From the NCBI GenBank assembly GCA_963745835.1, contig CAVUZH010000003.1, positions 864,001-928,000 of the forward strand: a DNA stretch of 64,000 nucleotides. Reading direction: 5' to 3'. Made by a program: the position numbers and the translations under genes. The notes beneath the pieces were generated by a model, which saw only the letters and a program-made list of their open reading frames with translations, made no database searches and was not told the DNA's origin. The stretch is from an uncultured delta proteobacterium (GTDB taxonomy: Bacteria > Desulfobacterota > Binatia > UBA9968). Positions 10,891-21,589 of the stretch are shown piece by piece. Every line of letters starts with the position of its first letter. Positions within the stretch are counted from its first letter, which is position 1.

Positions 10891-12633
10891 GTGCTTGGGC
10901 TTGCACCACTCGCGACATACCTAATCTTTTCTCAATCTTATAAATTCCAGCCCAAGAAGCGCTTAAAGGCCTTAGCCATCGACGCCGTACTAACAACCCT
11001 CTATCGCACCCAGCGACTCACGTCCCCGTGGCTGCGCGCGGCCGAACATATCCTCGGGAGTATCGGCCGGCGCAGAGCGTTAGCAATCACACTGGTGGGC
11101 CTGCTGTCGTTTGCAGCGAGTGCCTCATTGTCGGTCTTCGGACATGTTACGAAACCACGAGTCCACGACGAATTTAGTTACCTGCTGGCAGCGGACACAT
11201 TTGCCAACGGGCGCATCACCAATCCCACACACCCGCTATGGATTCACTTTGAAAGTTTTCACATCATCCAGCAACCGAGCTATGCATCCAAGTACCCACC
11301 GGCTCAAGGGTTGATTCTAGCGGCAGGCCAGGTAATTGGTGGACATCCGATGGTGGGTGTCTGGATCAGCACGGCGTTGGCGTCTGCCGCGCTGTGCTGG
11401 ATGCTTTTGGCATGGATGCCGCCGTGGTGGGCGATTTTAGGGTCGCTGCTTTTGGCGCTCCACCCAGGGATCCTACTTAAATGGGGCCAGTCCTACTGGG
11501 GCGGAGCCATGGCGATAATGGGTGGGGCATTGGTGTTTGGCGCGGTCCGGCGGATCATGCGCCGGCCGCAAGTTCGGGATGCTTTGTTGCTGGGCTTGGG
11601 ACTGGCTGTTCTCGCCAACAGCCGCCCGTTCGAGGGCTTGGTGACGAGTTTGCCGGTGGCGGTGCTGCTCATTGCCTGGATGGTTGGCCAGCAAGGGCCC
11701 TCAATCCAGTTATCAATGAAGCGAATTGTCCTGCCGCTTGTCCTTGTGCTCCTGCTGGCCGGCGTGGCGATGGGGTACTACAACTTGCGCGTTACCGGCG
11801 ACCCATTACGGATGCCGTACCAAGTCCACGAAGCGACGTATGCTATGGCGCCCGTTCTCCTTTGGCAGCGTCCAGGGCCGGAGCCGAGTTATCGGCACGA
11901 GATTATACGAAATCATCACCTCCGGGCACTAATGCATTACCAGCAACAACAGACGCTTAGTGGTGTGGTGAAGACGAGCCTCCAAAAACTCAAGGAACTT
12001 TGGGTTTTTTACGGAGGTTCGCTGTATTTTCGTCTCATATTGATGCTCACCGTGCTTACGGTGCCGTGGCTGCTGCGGGATCGATGGACGCGTTTCGCCC
12101 TGATCACCTGCGGGATGCTGATGGTAGGCGCTGCCATGCAAACATGGCTGATGCCGCACTATGTGGCGCCGGTTATCGGGCTGGCATTTGTGCTTCTCGT
12201 GCAGGCGATGCGGCGCCTGCGCTTGTGGCAGTGGGGTAGCATTCAGGCGGGGCGGATCGTGGTGTGGGCGCTTTGCCTGCTTTCGCTTACATCCTTCGCG
12301 ACCGGATTCGCCCAACAGATGCAAAGGACTTCGTCCGGTTGGGGCTCAGAACGGGCGCGCATACTCGCGGAGCTTGAGCAAGACGGAAAACGTCACTTAG
12401 TGATAGTCCGATATGGGTCCTTGGATGTTCCGTATGAAAGAGGCTATCGAGAGTGGGTATACAACGAAGCGGATATTGATCGCGCGAAGGTCGTCTGGGC
12501 CCGAGAGATGGATATAGCCCAGAATCGCAAATTATTGGAGTATTTCAACGACCGTCGCGTGTGGCTGGTAGAGGTGGATCAATATGATTCGCCTCCAAAG
12601 CTGCTGCCATATCCTTCAATAGCAGACTCATGA
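10891..12633 (+). CDS. Polytopic membrane protein, putative GT-C glycosyltransferase
   Basis: PRVHDEFSYLLAADTFA, YASKYPPAQG, LANSRPFEG, YYNLRVTGDP and EWVYNEADID, with many TMs. The start codon is uncertain. Confidence 0.7.
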   Translation: MLGLAPLATYLIFSQSYKFQPKKRLKALAIDAVLTTLYRTQRLTSPWLRAAEHILGSIGRRRALAITLVGLLSFAASASLSVFGHVTKPRVHDEFSYLLAADTFANGRITNPTHPLWIHFESFHIIQQPSYASKYPPAQGLILAAGQVIGGHPMVGVWISTALASAALCWMLLAWMPPWWAILGSLLLALHPGILLKWGQSYWGGAMAIMGGALVFGAVRRIMRRPQVRDALLLGLGLAVLANSRPFEGLVTSLPVAVLLIAWMVGQQGPSIQLSMKRIVLPLVLVLLLAGVAMGYYNLRVTGDPLRMPYQVHEATYAMAPVLLWQRPGPEPSYRHEIIRNHHLRALMHYQQQQTLSGVVKTSLQKLKELWVFYGGSLYFRLILMLTVLTVPWLLRDRWTRFALITCGMLMVGAAMQTWLMPHYVAPVIGLAFVLLVQAMRRLRLWQWGSIQAGRIVVWALCLLSLTSFATGFAQQMQRTSSGWGSERARILAELEQDGKRHLVIVRYGSLDVPYERGYREWVYNEADIDRAKVVWAREMDIAQNRKLLEYFNDRRVWLVEVDQYDSPPKLLPYPSIADS

Positions 12634-12881
12634 GTTTCGTCTAACATTTGCTACTACGGCCATTCCTGTGGCTTATTCGTTGTTATATCAAAGTTTGACG
12701 AGTTCGTGTTCGTGCGCAGCAATTTCGTTTTGATCTCCACTAATTACACCTGACGTTGTCCTGAGATAGCGTTTATCCGAGTTGAGCATGAAAAGTAGAC
12801 TCGGATAACGCGTACGGACCGAATACGTAAAACGCGTGCCGTGAACTTCCCCGGTGCAGGCTTCCGGCACTGAAATATTAA

Positions 12882-13988
12882 ATGTTAAGTAGGACTTGGA
12901 AGATAATCATAGTTGTGACGTTCAGCGTGGTAGTGGTAATCCTCGCATTTTTTATGTTTGAAGGTTTTGCGAGTATTGTTTTTGTGGCGCACAAAATTAT
13001 GGCCAGCCGGCCACTCGCTGAAAGGTTGCATACAAAATATGATCAAGAGCTGGGATGGATTAATCTACCCAATCTACATATCGCGGACATGTATGGGACC
13101 GGCAAATATCTCAGGACTAATTCCCAATTATTTCGGAACAACGAGGATTTTGAGGCAAACATTAAAGATCATCGAGTCAGAATAGTTTGTTCTGGAGATT
13201 CATTTACGTTTGGATATGGAGTCGATAACGATCATACGTGGTGCAACATATTAACTTTAATTGACAGAAGATTAGAGACCATCAATATGGGACAAGGAGG
13301 ATATGGCATCGATCAATCCTATCTTTGGTATAAACGCAACAATCCAATCATTGACCATGACATTCATGTGTTTGCGTTCGTTACCACTGATTTTAAACGG
13401 ATGGAAAGTAGCAGCATGTTGGGTTACGGTAAGCCTATTTTAGAGCTGCACGATGGTATTCTTCGTCCAAAAAATATACCTGTTCCCACACGGAGTTTTT
13501 ATGTGCCATGGTTGACTCATATCATCAATGGTATTGGCGATCTCAGTTCCCTTAAACTTTTGGCTAAGTTGCGCGAAAAGATCTTCACTACGAAGGAAAC
13601 TCAAGCCAGCACTTCCCAGACATATGACATAGCAATAAAGGTTTTCGAAGAACTTTATCGTATCAATCGGAGCAAAGACAGCATATTGGTTTTGGTTTAT
13701 TTACCCACATTAGGTGATCATAGGGGAAATGCGTCAGACATCTGGAGACAATTCATAGATACGCATCTAGCGAAAGATAAAATCGTGTATATCGATTTGA
13801 TCGAGGATTTTAAAAAAGTGTTGCCCCAAGAAATCAAAAAGATGTTTATCAGCCCTGGGGTTTTGGATTATCACTACGCTGCTGGACATTATACCGAAGA
13901 GGGAAATGCTTATATCGCAGAAATGCTCTACAACAAATTAATTGCAATCCCGCAAATATCGGAGAGACTCCTGGAGCGAAGCTGGTAA
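12882..13988 (+). CDS. SGNH/GDSL hydrolase-family protein with N-terminal membrane anchor
   Basis: GDSFTFG (block I), NMGQGGYGIDQ (block II) and a C-terminal GHYTEEGN His motif. Confidence 0.85.
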   Translation: MLSRTWKIIIVVTFSVVVVILAFFMFEGFASIVFVAHKIMASRPLAERLHTKYDQELGWINLPNLHIADMYGTGKYLRTNSQLFRNNEDFEANIKDHRVRIVCSGDSFTFGYGVDNDHTWCNILTLIDRRLETINMGQGGYGIDQSYLWYKRNNPIIDHDIHVFAFVTTDFKRMESSSMLGYGKPILELHDGILRPKNIPVPTRSFYVPWLTHIINGIGDLSSLKLLAKLREKIFTTKETQASTSQTYDIAIKVFEELYRINRSKDSILVLVYLPTLGDHRGNASDIWRQFIDTHLAKDKIVYIDLIEDFKKVLPQEIKKMFISPGVLDYHYAAGHYTEEGNAYIAEMLYNKLIAIPQISERLLERSW

Positions 13989-15750
13989 GCTGTTGAAGTT
14001 TCCTGCTTTGCCCGTACTGAATACAAGTCCTGAACAGGGCCTCAAAGGTTTCCGGAGAAGTCTTCAGAAAGGGCGAGCTGTGGGGGCCGACGTCCGTTTC
14101 GCATGGTTGACTGCGGCGGTCCTGCTCATTGGCGCCGGACTGCGGGTTGGTCAATATGCGATGGGAGAAGCGCTGTGGTATGACGAACTCGCGCTAGCCA
14201 GGAATTTGGTCGAAAGGTCCTTTCATGAACTTGTCACCTTACCCCTAGACTATGCCCAGGTTGCACCACCTGGGTTTCTCCTACTCGAGAAACTCGCGAT
14301 CACGGTGCTTGGAAATAACGAGTACGCGCTGCGTCTCTTCCCGCTCCTCTGTGCGTTGGCCTCACTTCCCCTTGTTGCGGAGGTCGCCCGCCGCATGCTC
14401 CTGACCGGGGCGGCTTTCATCGCGGTCATGATGTTCAGCCTGTCGCCCACGATCATCGGCTTCGGGTCACAGGTAAAGCAATATTCGACGGATGTCGCGG
14501 CGGCACTGCTAATGACGACTCTAACATTGCGGTGGTGGGAGGGACGGAACAGCAGGGACGGTGCTGTTTCCGCGGCTACTCTGCTCGGGATGCTGGGCTG
14601 CGTCGCCGTCTGGTTCTCGCAGGCGGCTGTGCTCGTCCTGGGTGGTCTAAGTTTGGCTCTGCTACTCGGAACCGTCCTCCAGCGCGAGCGAGCCACACTC
14701 CGGAATGTCGCACTAATTACCATCATCTGGGGCACGGGCATGGTCGGAGCGGTTATCTGGGCACTACAAAACGCAAGCCCAGCGACACATGCTTACATGC
14801 ATGAATATTGGGCGGAAGGATTTATGCCCCTACCGCCTTGGTCCGGCGATGAAGCAGTGTGGCTATGGCGCACTTTGCGCAGCTTCTTGTATCGCCAACT
14901 CCGCTACCCGTTCCCTGCTGTAGGAGTAATACTGACGGCGCTCGGCGCGGTAATCCTGGTCAAGCGCCGCCAATGGTTTGCATTTGTGGTAATCGCGCCA
15001 CTCGGTGTCGCCCTCCTGGCATCCGCCGCCCAACTTTATCCGGTGGGCGAGCGTGTCTCTCTCTTTCTCTTGCCAGGCATCCTGGTCCTCATGGCAGAGG
15101 GGGTCGACCGGGTGCGCCACACCGCCTCGGCTTACTGGCTCCCTCTCGGCGCAACTGTCTTTGCACTGGCGGCGGCAACTTCCGTCTACACTCTCTACCG
15201 GTATTTTCCCTTGTATCCCAAGAAGGAGATAAAAGACGTGCTCGCCTACGTGCAGACACGTCGTCAACCACACGACGCCGTCTACGTATATCACAACGCC
15301 TGGCACGCGGTTGCCTACTACGGGCCGCGCTACGGCCTGCTGTCACAAGATGTGGTACTTGGCTTTTGCCCCGGCAGCGATTCCCGTAGGCTCATCGATG
15401 AACTCGACCAGTTTCGGGGTCGGCCGCGGCTCTGGCTGATCATCTCGCACGCCGTCGGACCCTATCGCGAGCGCGAGGCAATGCTTAGCTATCTGGCCTC
15501 AATCGGAACCCAGCGCGACAGTATCGTAACGGGCCGGTCGCGACTGAGCTCAAGCGCGTATCTGTATGATCTTAGCGATCCTGAGCGACTCCGCAGCACT
15601 TTGGCCGAAACTTACGTTCTGCCGGAACGAGAGCATGGTATTCGGGAGTTCCCATGCCCACCGGGGTCTATCAAGCATTCAGCCGCGTCGCCACTAGCAG
15701 GGTTTGAGCGGGATTCCGTGGTCTCAAGGGCGAGAAAACCCCTTCGCTGA
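13942..15750 (+). CDS. GT39/ArnT-like membrane glycosyltransferase
   Basis: ALWYDE, QVAPPGF, NEYALRLFP, QVKQYSTD and RLWLI motifs with multiple TMs. The true start is probably downstream of 13942. Confidence 0.85.
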   Translation: MQSRKYRRDSWSEAGKLLKFPALPVLNTSPEQGLKGFRRSLQKGRAVGADVRFAWLTAAVLLIGAGLRVGQYAMGEALWYDELALARNLVERSFHELVTLPLDYAQVAPPGFLLLEKLAITVLGNNEYALRLFPLLCALASLPLVAEVARRMLLTGAAFIAVMMFSLSPTIIGFGSQVKQYSTDVAAALLMTTLTLRWWEGRNSRDGAVSAATLLGMLGCVAVWFSQAAVLVLGGLSLALLLGTVLQRERATLRNVALITIIWGTGMVGAVIWALQNASPATHAYMHEYWAEGFMPLPPWSGDEAVWLWRTLRSFLYRQLRYPFPAVGVILTALGAVILVKRRQWFAFVVIAPLGVALLASAAQLYPVGERVSLFLLPGILVLMAEGVDRVRHTASAYWLPLGATVFALAAATSVYTLYRYFPLYPKKEIKDVLAYVQTRRQPHDAVYVYHNAWHAVAYYGPRYGLLSQDVVLGFCPGSDSRRLIDELDQFRGRPRLWLIISHAVGPYREREAMLSYLASIGTQRDSIVTGRSRLSSSAYLYDLSDPERLRSTLAETYVLPEREHGIREFPCPPGSIKHSAASPLAGFERDSVVSRARKPLR

Positions 15751-15792
15751 GCGGGCGGTCGAGACAAATTATATTAGCCGGGAAATGAGGAT

Positions 15793-17031
15793 TTGAAGAC
15801 TTTTGCTCTGGTACCACGGCGTTTCCTGTCTCTAAGTTGGCAGTCGGTAATCTGGAGCGTGAATGGGTTCTTTCTAATGATGACAGTGGCCGTTGCCTAC
15901 TTGCCGGGCGGCAGTTCTACTGGTAGGCAGGGAATCTTTGCATATCTCGCACAATTTACGCTTGGGGAAGAGAGAAACCTGGCAACCTATTGGGAAGGGT
16001 GGTGTTTGCTCCTTATAGCAATTCTTGCTCTTGAACAGTTTCTCCAAGGTAGGAAGACGCAAACTTATAAAAATCAGTCCTGGTTGGGGCTTTCGATGCT
16101 CGCGTTGGGTTTGTCGCTGGATGAGTTGGGCTCCATCCACGAACAAGCAGAGTTGCTTTTCGGCCCGTGGGGCCTCTCTGGAACCATCAAATCCAAAATT
16201 CCACTAGCCCTGCCCGGTCTATTACTCCTGATCTTTACGCTGCGAAGGATGTGGTCCCTTGCTAATCGTCGCCCCTTCTGGTTGACCTTGAGCGCCTTCA
16301 CTCTTTTCGGTTCCGTCGCTTTTCAAGAACATCTTGAGCACACACTCGCATGGCCGTGGTGGGCTGCAGGCATCCGGGTCGGGATCGAAGAAGCCACGGA
16401 ACTAGTCGGTGTTTTTCTTCTTTTGTCTGTATTCAATCCCGCACGGCATCACTCAGGACCGGTCTCCATCCTAAGTCTTGCTCCGCGAGCAACGACACTC
16501 ATACAACTAAAGACTATTCTCGCTTTTTTGACTCTAGTAACTTTTATACCCCTCGGTATGTTAACGATTTTTGTTGTTTCGGATGCACATCATAGAGGCG
16601 TTCCCGCGGCATGGCTGCCATTTGTCTTATTGAACTTATCGTCGATGACGGCTTGGGCCTGCGCTCAAAAAGGGGAGAGATATAGAGATGGCTACATTGT
16701 CGCGTTTCTCTTGGCCTTCATCTTTTCGCTGGATCAGATTATTGTCTTCGAAAGAGTCATCGACAAGAGTTTAATAGTTGGAACAACGGCGGCTTTGATG
16801 TTTCCTTGTATGGCGGCGGCATGTCTTGCGATTCCAACCTTACGCACCCGTTTCAACTGCATATTGTTCGGAGCACTGTTGCCATTGAGTGTCGGCCTCC
16901 TTTTTTCCTCTAACCTGCTTCCATGGCTTGTCCTCCCTATTCAAGCGATGGGCCTCTTCTGGATCTTGAGCATCGAATTGGCAGAGATCACGGGTGCAGC
17001 TTATACGTTCTCCTCAGAGCAAGCTTTATAG
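15793..17031 (+). CDS. Polytopic membrane protein of unknown function
   Basis: 412 aa and very hydrophobic, with LSLDELGSIHE and IEEATELVG motifs. Confidence 0.6.
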   Translation: MKTFALVPRRFLSLSWQSVIWSVNGFFLMMTVAVAYLPGGSSTGRQGIFAYLAQFTLGEERNLATYWEGWCLLLIAILALEQFLQGRKTQTYKNQSWLGLSMLALGLSLDELGSIHEQAELLFGPWGLSGTIKSKIPLALPGLLLLIFTLRRMWSLANRRPFWLTLSAFTLFGSVAFQEHLEHTLAWPWWAAGIRVGIEEATELVGVFLLLSVFNPARHHSGPVSILSLAPRATTLIQLKTILAFLTLVTFIPLGMLTIFVVSDAHHRGVPAAWLPFVLLNLSSMTAWACAQKGERYRDGYIVAFLLAFIFSLDQIIVFERVIDKSLIVGTTAALMFPCMAAACLAIPTLRTRFNCILFGALLPLSVGLLFSSNLLPWLVLPIQAMGLFWILSIELAEITGAAYTFSSEQAL

Positions 17032-17420
17032 GCCGCCGCAAGAATCCATATGATGTGATCGAAATATAAGTTAGCGTTAGGCTAATGGAAGGGCTAGACT
17101 AGGAAGATCGACAGGAACTCGAGTTCGTATGGCGCTTCTAATCTGAGATGACCTTTTCAAGACCAGCCCGATAACGGCGCGTTTAGAAAACACTAGGACG
17201 TTGCTAGCGCGAAGCAGCGTTGTAAATTTCGCGGGCTAAGTACTCCTACCTAACCGTCAAGATCACGGCGAACTTGCCGATCTGTTTGTTTAATGACCGA
17301 CACGATGAGATCAAGCAATGACTATGTTATGTTGAAACGTTTATAGGGTAGAGGCCCACAAAGACCTGAATAGAAGGCCGGACGAACCTTTTCAGACGCT
17401 ACCGATATTCGCAATGTCGC

Positions 17421-17775
17421 AATAGTATTATAGCTGTTTGTTCTATCCTTGCTCTTAGAGTTCTCTTTCTTGGCGATACTTTTCAAAACTCCGATAACGC
17501 TGAGCTTGCATTCAAAATACTTAAGAACTCCGGTTACACATGGATTATTCGGGAATATTACGGTTCGTTGATCAACATATATGTTAAATTCTTTGTGGCT
17601 GTAGTTTCCTCATTAGGGGTTACAATACGGAGTTCTGGTGGAAGGTACCAATCGCCATCTTGGGCTCCCCTCAAACACCTTTAACCTACTTTTGTTAAAG
17701 CGAAGCATAGATTGCTCTGATATCGTTGCGCTGTCCGGCGCTGTGCTTGTTGCTATACTTCCGATCCTTTGACTG
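17421..17775 (+). pseudogene. Relic of the N-terminus of a GT-C-like glycosyltransferase (copy 1)
   Basis: Reads ILALRVLFLGDTFQNSDNAELAFKILKNSGYTWIIREYYGSLINIYVKFF, then after a frameshift EFWWKVPIAILGS and ALSGAVLVAILP*. No start codon; homologous to 21590-21845. Confidence 0.65.
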
Positions 17776-17855
17776 GGTGTTCGAGGCGTAACGTTCCCGT
17801 CGCTATGGCCTCCTTTCGTTGGAGGCCGATACCATAAATCGAGATTAACTCGAGT

Positions 17856-19268
17856 ATGCTCAAACACATCCGAGGGATCCGAATGCCGAAGTTGACTATG
17901 CCTGTAATGATTCTTGCTTCGACGATTTTGCTAAATTCTCCGGCTTTCTTTAACGGATTTCCTCTTGTTGCAGGCGATACGGCAGCATACATTGTAGATG
18001 CTCCAAAATTTCTACTATTCTTCACAATAAATTGGGCTCGACCAGTTTTTTACAGCATTTTCATACTTCCGCTACATCTGACGCTATCCGTATGGCCAAT
18101 TGTGTTGGTGCAGGGCCTGATCGTGGCTCACCTTCTCTTCATCACTTTGCGTGTCATTAGCCAGAAGCAGCGGGAATCTTTCCTAATTGTTATTCTAATA
18201 CTAACCGTCTGCACGAGCCTGCCTTGGCTAGTAGGGCAGATTATGGCTGACGTCTTCACAGGTATCGTAATCCTTGGCCTGTTTCTGCTTAGCTTTGGCC
18301 TTGATCGACTCACGAGGCTGGAGATAGTCTATATCTTTTTTCTCACTACCGGTGCAATCTCATTCCATTCCAGCCACGTCCCACTCGCACTTGGATTAGT
18401 CATCGTAACCGTTGGGTTGCAAGGATTACTTAGATGGCACGGTTGGTGCCGAATGAAGAAGTTAGCGCTTCTTATTGGTCCAATCATGCTTGCAACCTCT
18501 GCTTTGCTCGCCGTCAATATTGCGGCCGTCGGTCAGATCACGCTCTCTCCAGGCGGTCCCTTGTTCCTCTTGGCGCGGTTGATTGAAGACGGCACAGCGA
18601 GAATGTATTTGGACGCGACATGTCCGGAAAAGGGCTATGTGCTGTGCTCATACCGCGATGAACTGAGTTCCAGCTGGCACTTTCTCTGGAGTAAGGATTC
18701 GCCGTTGCCGAAGGCTGGCGGACCATGGGAACTGCGGGCGGAGGCAAGCGAGATTGTCTGGGGTTCTTTACGAGCATATCCTGTACAGCAACTTCATAAA
18801 TCACTTCACAATTTCTTCCAACAATTTGTTAGTATTTCGACTGGCGCTAGTTTGAGACCACGATTGGAAGGTGATCATACAAATAGAGTTATTCAGACTG
18901 TATTTGGGCCGTCTGTTCACGCACGTTATGTGACGTCAAGGCAGAATACGCAAAAACTGCCCATTGTTGCGGTAGAGTGGCTCCACAATACTGCTGTAGT
19001 TGTATCTATCCCCATCGTCGTCTTTTTGTTCGTAATCTTCATCCGGCGAAAAGAGCCTCTGTATGTGTCTCTCTTTATCTTGATTTTGTTTGGCCTTATA
19101 GCAAATGCTTTCATTGTTGGTGCCCTGTCCTTCGTATACAGTCGCCTCCAGAGTCGAGTCATCTGGCTGGTGGTCTTTTATGCGACCGTTGGCTCTTTAC
19201 AAATGCTGAGGGATTCTTCGTTATCCCATAGACCTATGCAGAAGGTGCGGAAACTGGTGTGCCCATAA
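17856..19268 (+). CDS. Polytopic membrane protein, putative GT-C-like transferase
   Basis: NGFPLVAGDTAAY, RPVFYSIF, QIMADVF and RLQSRVIW, with many TMs and one large soluble loop. Confidence 0.6.
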   Translation: MLKHIRGIRMPKLTMPVMILASTILLNSPAFFNGFPLVAGDTAAYIVDAPKFLLFFTINWARPVFYSIFILPLHLTLSVWPIVLVQGLIVAHLLFITLRVISQKQRESFLIVILILTVCTSLPWLVGQIMADVFTGIVILGLFLLSFGLDRLTRLEIVYIFFLTTGAISFHSSHVPLALGLVIVTVGLQGLLRWHGWCRMKKLALLIGPIMLATSALLAVNIAAVGQITLSPGGPLFLLARLIEDGTARMYLDATCPEKGYVLCSYRDELSSSWHFLWSKDSPLPKAGGPWELRAEASEIVWGSLRAYPVQQLHKSLHNFFQQFVSISTGASLRPRLEGDHTNRVIQTVFGPSVHARYVTSRQNTQKLPIVAVEWLHNTAVVVSIPIVVFLFVIFIRRKEPLYVSLFILILFGLIANAFIVGALSFVYSRLQSRVIWLVVFYATVGSLQMLRDSSLSHRPMQKVRKLVCP

Positions 19269-19659
19269 GAACTCGACTTTGACTATTTTCCAATATGAGA
19301 TAGCCACTTCTGATCTGGACATTGAAAGCTGAAGTTCGAGTGCTGTCATGCGCTGTGACGACTGAATCGGTCCCCTTACGCTTGGAAAGAAGCTTGATAG
19401 CTGGAAGTCTGGCATTTCCAGATACAAATATAATTGGCAAAGGCTTTAGTGAAGACTCTGCAAAGTAGTGGTCCCATCGCAAACTTAGATCATTCAACAC
19501 TTTTAGATGTACTGTTCCAGGGTAGATACTGTGGGCGACAGTTATGCAAGCCCCAACACAATGCTGTGATGGTATCACATATCTGGTCCTTTCAGAGACG
19601 GATGAGGGCATTTAGGATAACGGCAGCAGAGAAACGTTTGGTAACCGGAGCACAAGATC

Positions 19660-19791
19660 ATGACTAGATGGGCACGCGTAACAGGTTTTGTGTTAGGTGT
19701 AATTTTTGTTGTCGCTAGTGAAGCTCGCGTTCTATCGCTACATCAACCGTGGATCTTCCAGTATATTATTCAATTGATCGGGCTTGATTGA
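19660..19791 (+). pseudogene. 43-codon relic resembling the N-terminus of the DUF2079-like gene at 29422
   Basis: ASEARVLSLHQPWIFQYIIQLIGL aligns by eye with ASNARHLALNIDQVWIFQWIMHFLGI of ORF 29422. Confidence 0.55.
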
Positions 19792-19940
19792 TTGCCGCCG
19801 CTACTCTTGGTCCGTGAAAAGGCGGTTTTTTCGCAGTTATTTTCAAATCCATCGGGGAGCATGGGTAGTCGGCTATGTCTGTCTAGCTTAGTAAGACAGC
19901 CACAGAAAGCAGAGATGATCACTGCGCTACCTGGTAAGTA

Positions 19941-21443
19941 ATGCATCTAGAAATTAACGGAAGATTGCTGACTCGCAATACCCTGCTTAACTTCATTGGG
20001 CAAATGGGACCTCTGCTTGTCGGGATAGCGACTATTCCATTCATCATCAGAGGCTTGGGCGTGGAACGCTTCGGGCTTCTATCTATTGCCTGGCTAGCGC
20101 CGGAGTATTTCACCTTCATCGACTTAGGTATCGGAAGAGCCACCGTCAAATATGTGGCCGAAGCATTGGGCAAGGGTGACAAAGATAAAATGTCACGCGT
20201 CGCCTCGACGGCGGTGATCGCCCAGTTCGGTTTAGGAATCTTAGGAACGGTCGTTCTTATCAGCATCACACCTTTCCTGACAGAGCATGTCTTGAATATC
20301 CCTCCGCCGTTGGCGGCTGAGGGCAAAGCTATATTCCAATTACTGGCTCTTTCCATCCCATTGGTCTTAGTTTCGGGATCGGTAACCGGAATTCTTGCAG
20401 CGGCCCAGCGGTTCGATTTGGTAAATGCCGTCAATGCTACTTTCAACACCGCCAACCCTGTCTTGACGCTCATTGGTGTGCTTTGGTTCGATTGGCATCT
20501 GATCGAGATAGTTGGAATGTTGGTCGCCTCGCGCTTCATTGCAGTGGTTGCACACTGCTGGCTCTGCATGCGCGTTTTTCCGTCGTTGAAGGTACCGCGC
20601 TTTCATCCGGCAGAGCTAAAAATCCTCCTTGCGTTCGGGGGATGGGTGACAGTATCCAGCATAGCTGTACCGATCTTACTTTACCTGGATCGTTTCATAA
20701 TCGGCGCGTCGCTAACAATGGCCGCGGTTGCCTACTATTCAATTCCGTACGAAATTGTCACACGTCTGTGGATTATACCCGCGAGCCTCGGAACAACGCT
20801 CTTTCCGGCTTTCAGCATGCTCACGGGCCAGGCGCAACCGGAGCGGCTTGCATCGCTTCTTGCTCGATCGATGAAGTGGATGCTCCTGACCTTGGGGCCG
20901 GCTGTGGTGGTTGTTACGGCTTTTGCCGGGGACATCCTTGAAATTTGGCTCGGATTGGACTTCGCGCGGGAGAGTTCACTGGTACTTCAGATCCTGGCAG
21001 TGGGTATATTAATCAACTGTATGGTTCACGTGCAGTATGCCATGATTCAGGCTCTGGGGCGGCCAGACCTTACGGCCAAGTTTCACTTGCTGCAACTGCC
21101 GCTACACGGTTTACTGCTATGGTGGTTGGTCGGCTTATGGGGGATTACGGGTGCAGCACTTGCCCAGTCGATTCGATTAAGTGTGGAAGCCCTGCTCCTC
21201 CTTGTAGCTGCCTGTCGGATGGCAACGTTGCCTTTCTCCTCGTTGATCTACGATAAGATCCTTCAAAGCTCGCTGTTCCTCTTCCTATTTATTGGCTTAT
21301 CCATAGGAATTACTAACCTTTCACTAGTGATGTGGCAACGCCTCCTCGGATTAGCGATCGTCTTTTTGGCAGTTGGGACAACTGTCTGGCGTTACTCGCT
21401 TGATCGACAAGACCGTGAATTTTTAGCCAAATCTTTTGACTAG
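19941..21443 (+). CDS. wzx: Wzx-type oligosaccharide flippase (MOP superfamily)
   Basis: RNTLLN, LGVERFGLL, DLGIGRATVKYVA, YLDRFIIG, VAYYSIPYE and QALGRPDL; 500 aa, polytopic. Confidence 0.9.
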   Translation: MHLEINGRLLTRNTLLNFIGQMGPLLVGIATIPFIIRGLGVERFGLLSIAWLAPEYFTFIDLGIGRATVKYVAEALGKGDKDKMSRVASTAVIAQFGLGILGTVVLISITPFLTEHVLNIPPPLAAEGKAIFQLLALSIPLVLVSGSVTGILAAAQRFDLVNAVNATFNTANPVLTLIGVLWFDWHLIEIVGMLVASRFIAVVAHCWLCMRVFPSLKVPRFHPAELKILLAFGGWVTVSSIAVPILLYLDRFIIGASLTMAAVAYYSIPYEIVTRLWIIPASLGTTLFPAFSMLTGQAQPERLASLLARSMKWMLLTLGPAVVVVTAFAGDILEIWLGLDFARESSLVLQILAVGILINCMVHVQYAMIQALGRPDLTAKFHLLQLPLHGLLLWWLVGLWGITGAALAQSIRLSVEALLLLVAACRMATLPFSSLIYDKILQSSLFLFLFIGLSIGITNLSLVMWQRLLGLAIVFLAVGTTVWRYSLDRQDREFLAKSFD

Positions 21444-21471
21444 CACGCATAAGACGGATCAGTTACCCTAT

Positions 21472-21495
21472 TGAAACGGCCCTACGGCCCTTTCA
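21472..21495 (+). terminator. Hairpin downstream of wzx (possible terminator or stabiliser)
   Basis: tgaaacggcc-ctac-ggccctttca is a 10-bp inverted repeat with one mismatch. There is no U-tract. Confidence 0.25.
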
Positions 21496-21589
21496 GATGA
21501 GATCATGAGACCGCTAGACAATACAACTTCATACAATGTGAAGACACGGTTATTACCGCAACGGTAGCTATCGCGATACTGACGTCGTC

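Noticed and set aside
19280-19650. Possible relic of a GT-C C-terminal domain (DGITYLVLSE)
   Set aside because: A single short motif interrupted by stops; it cannot be assigned without a search.
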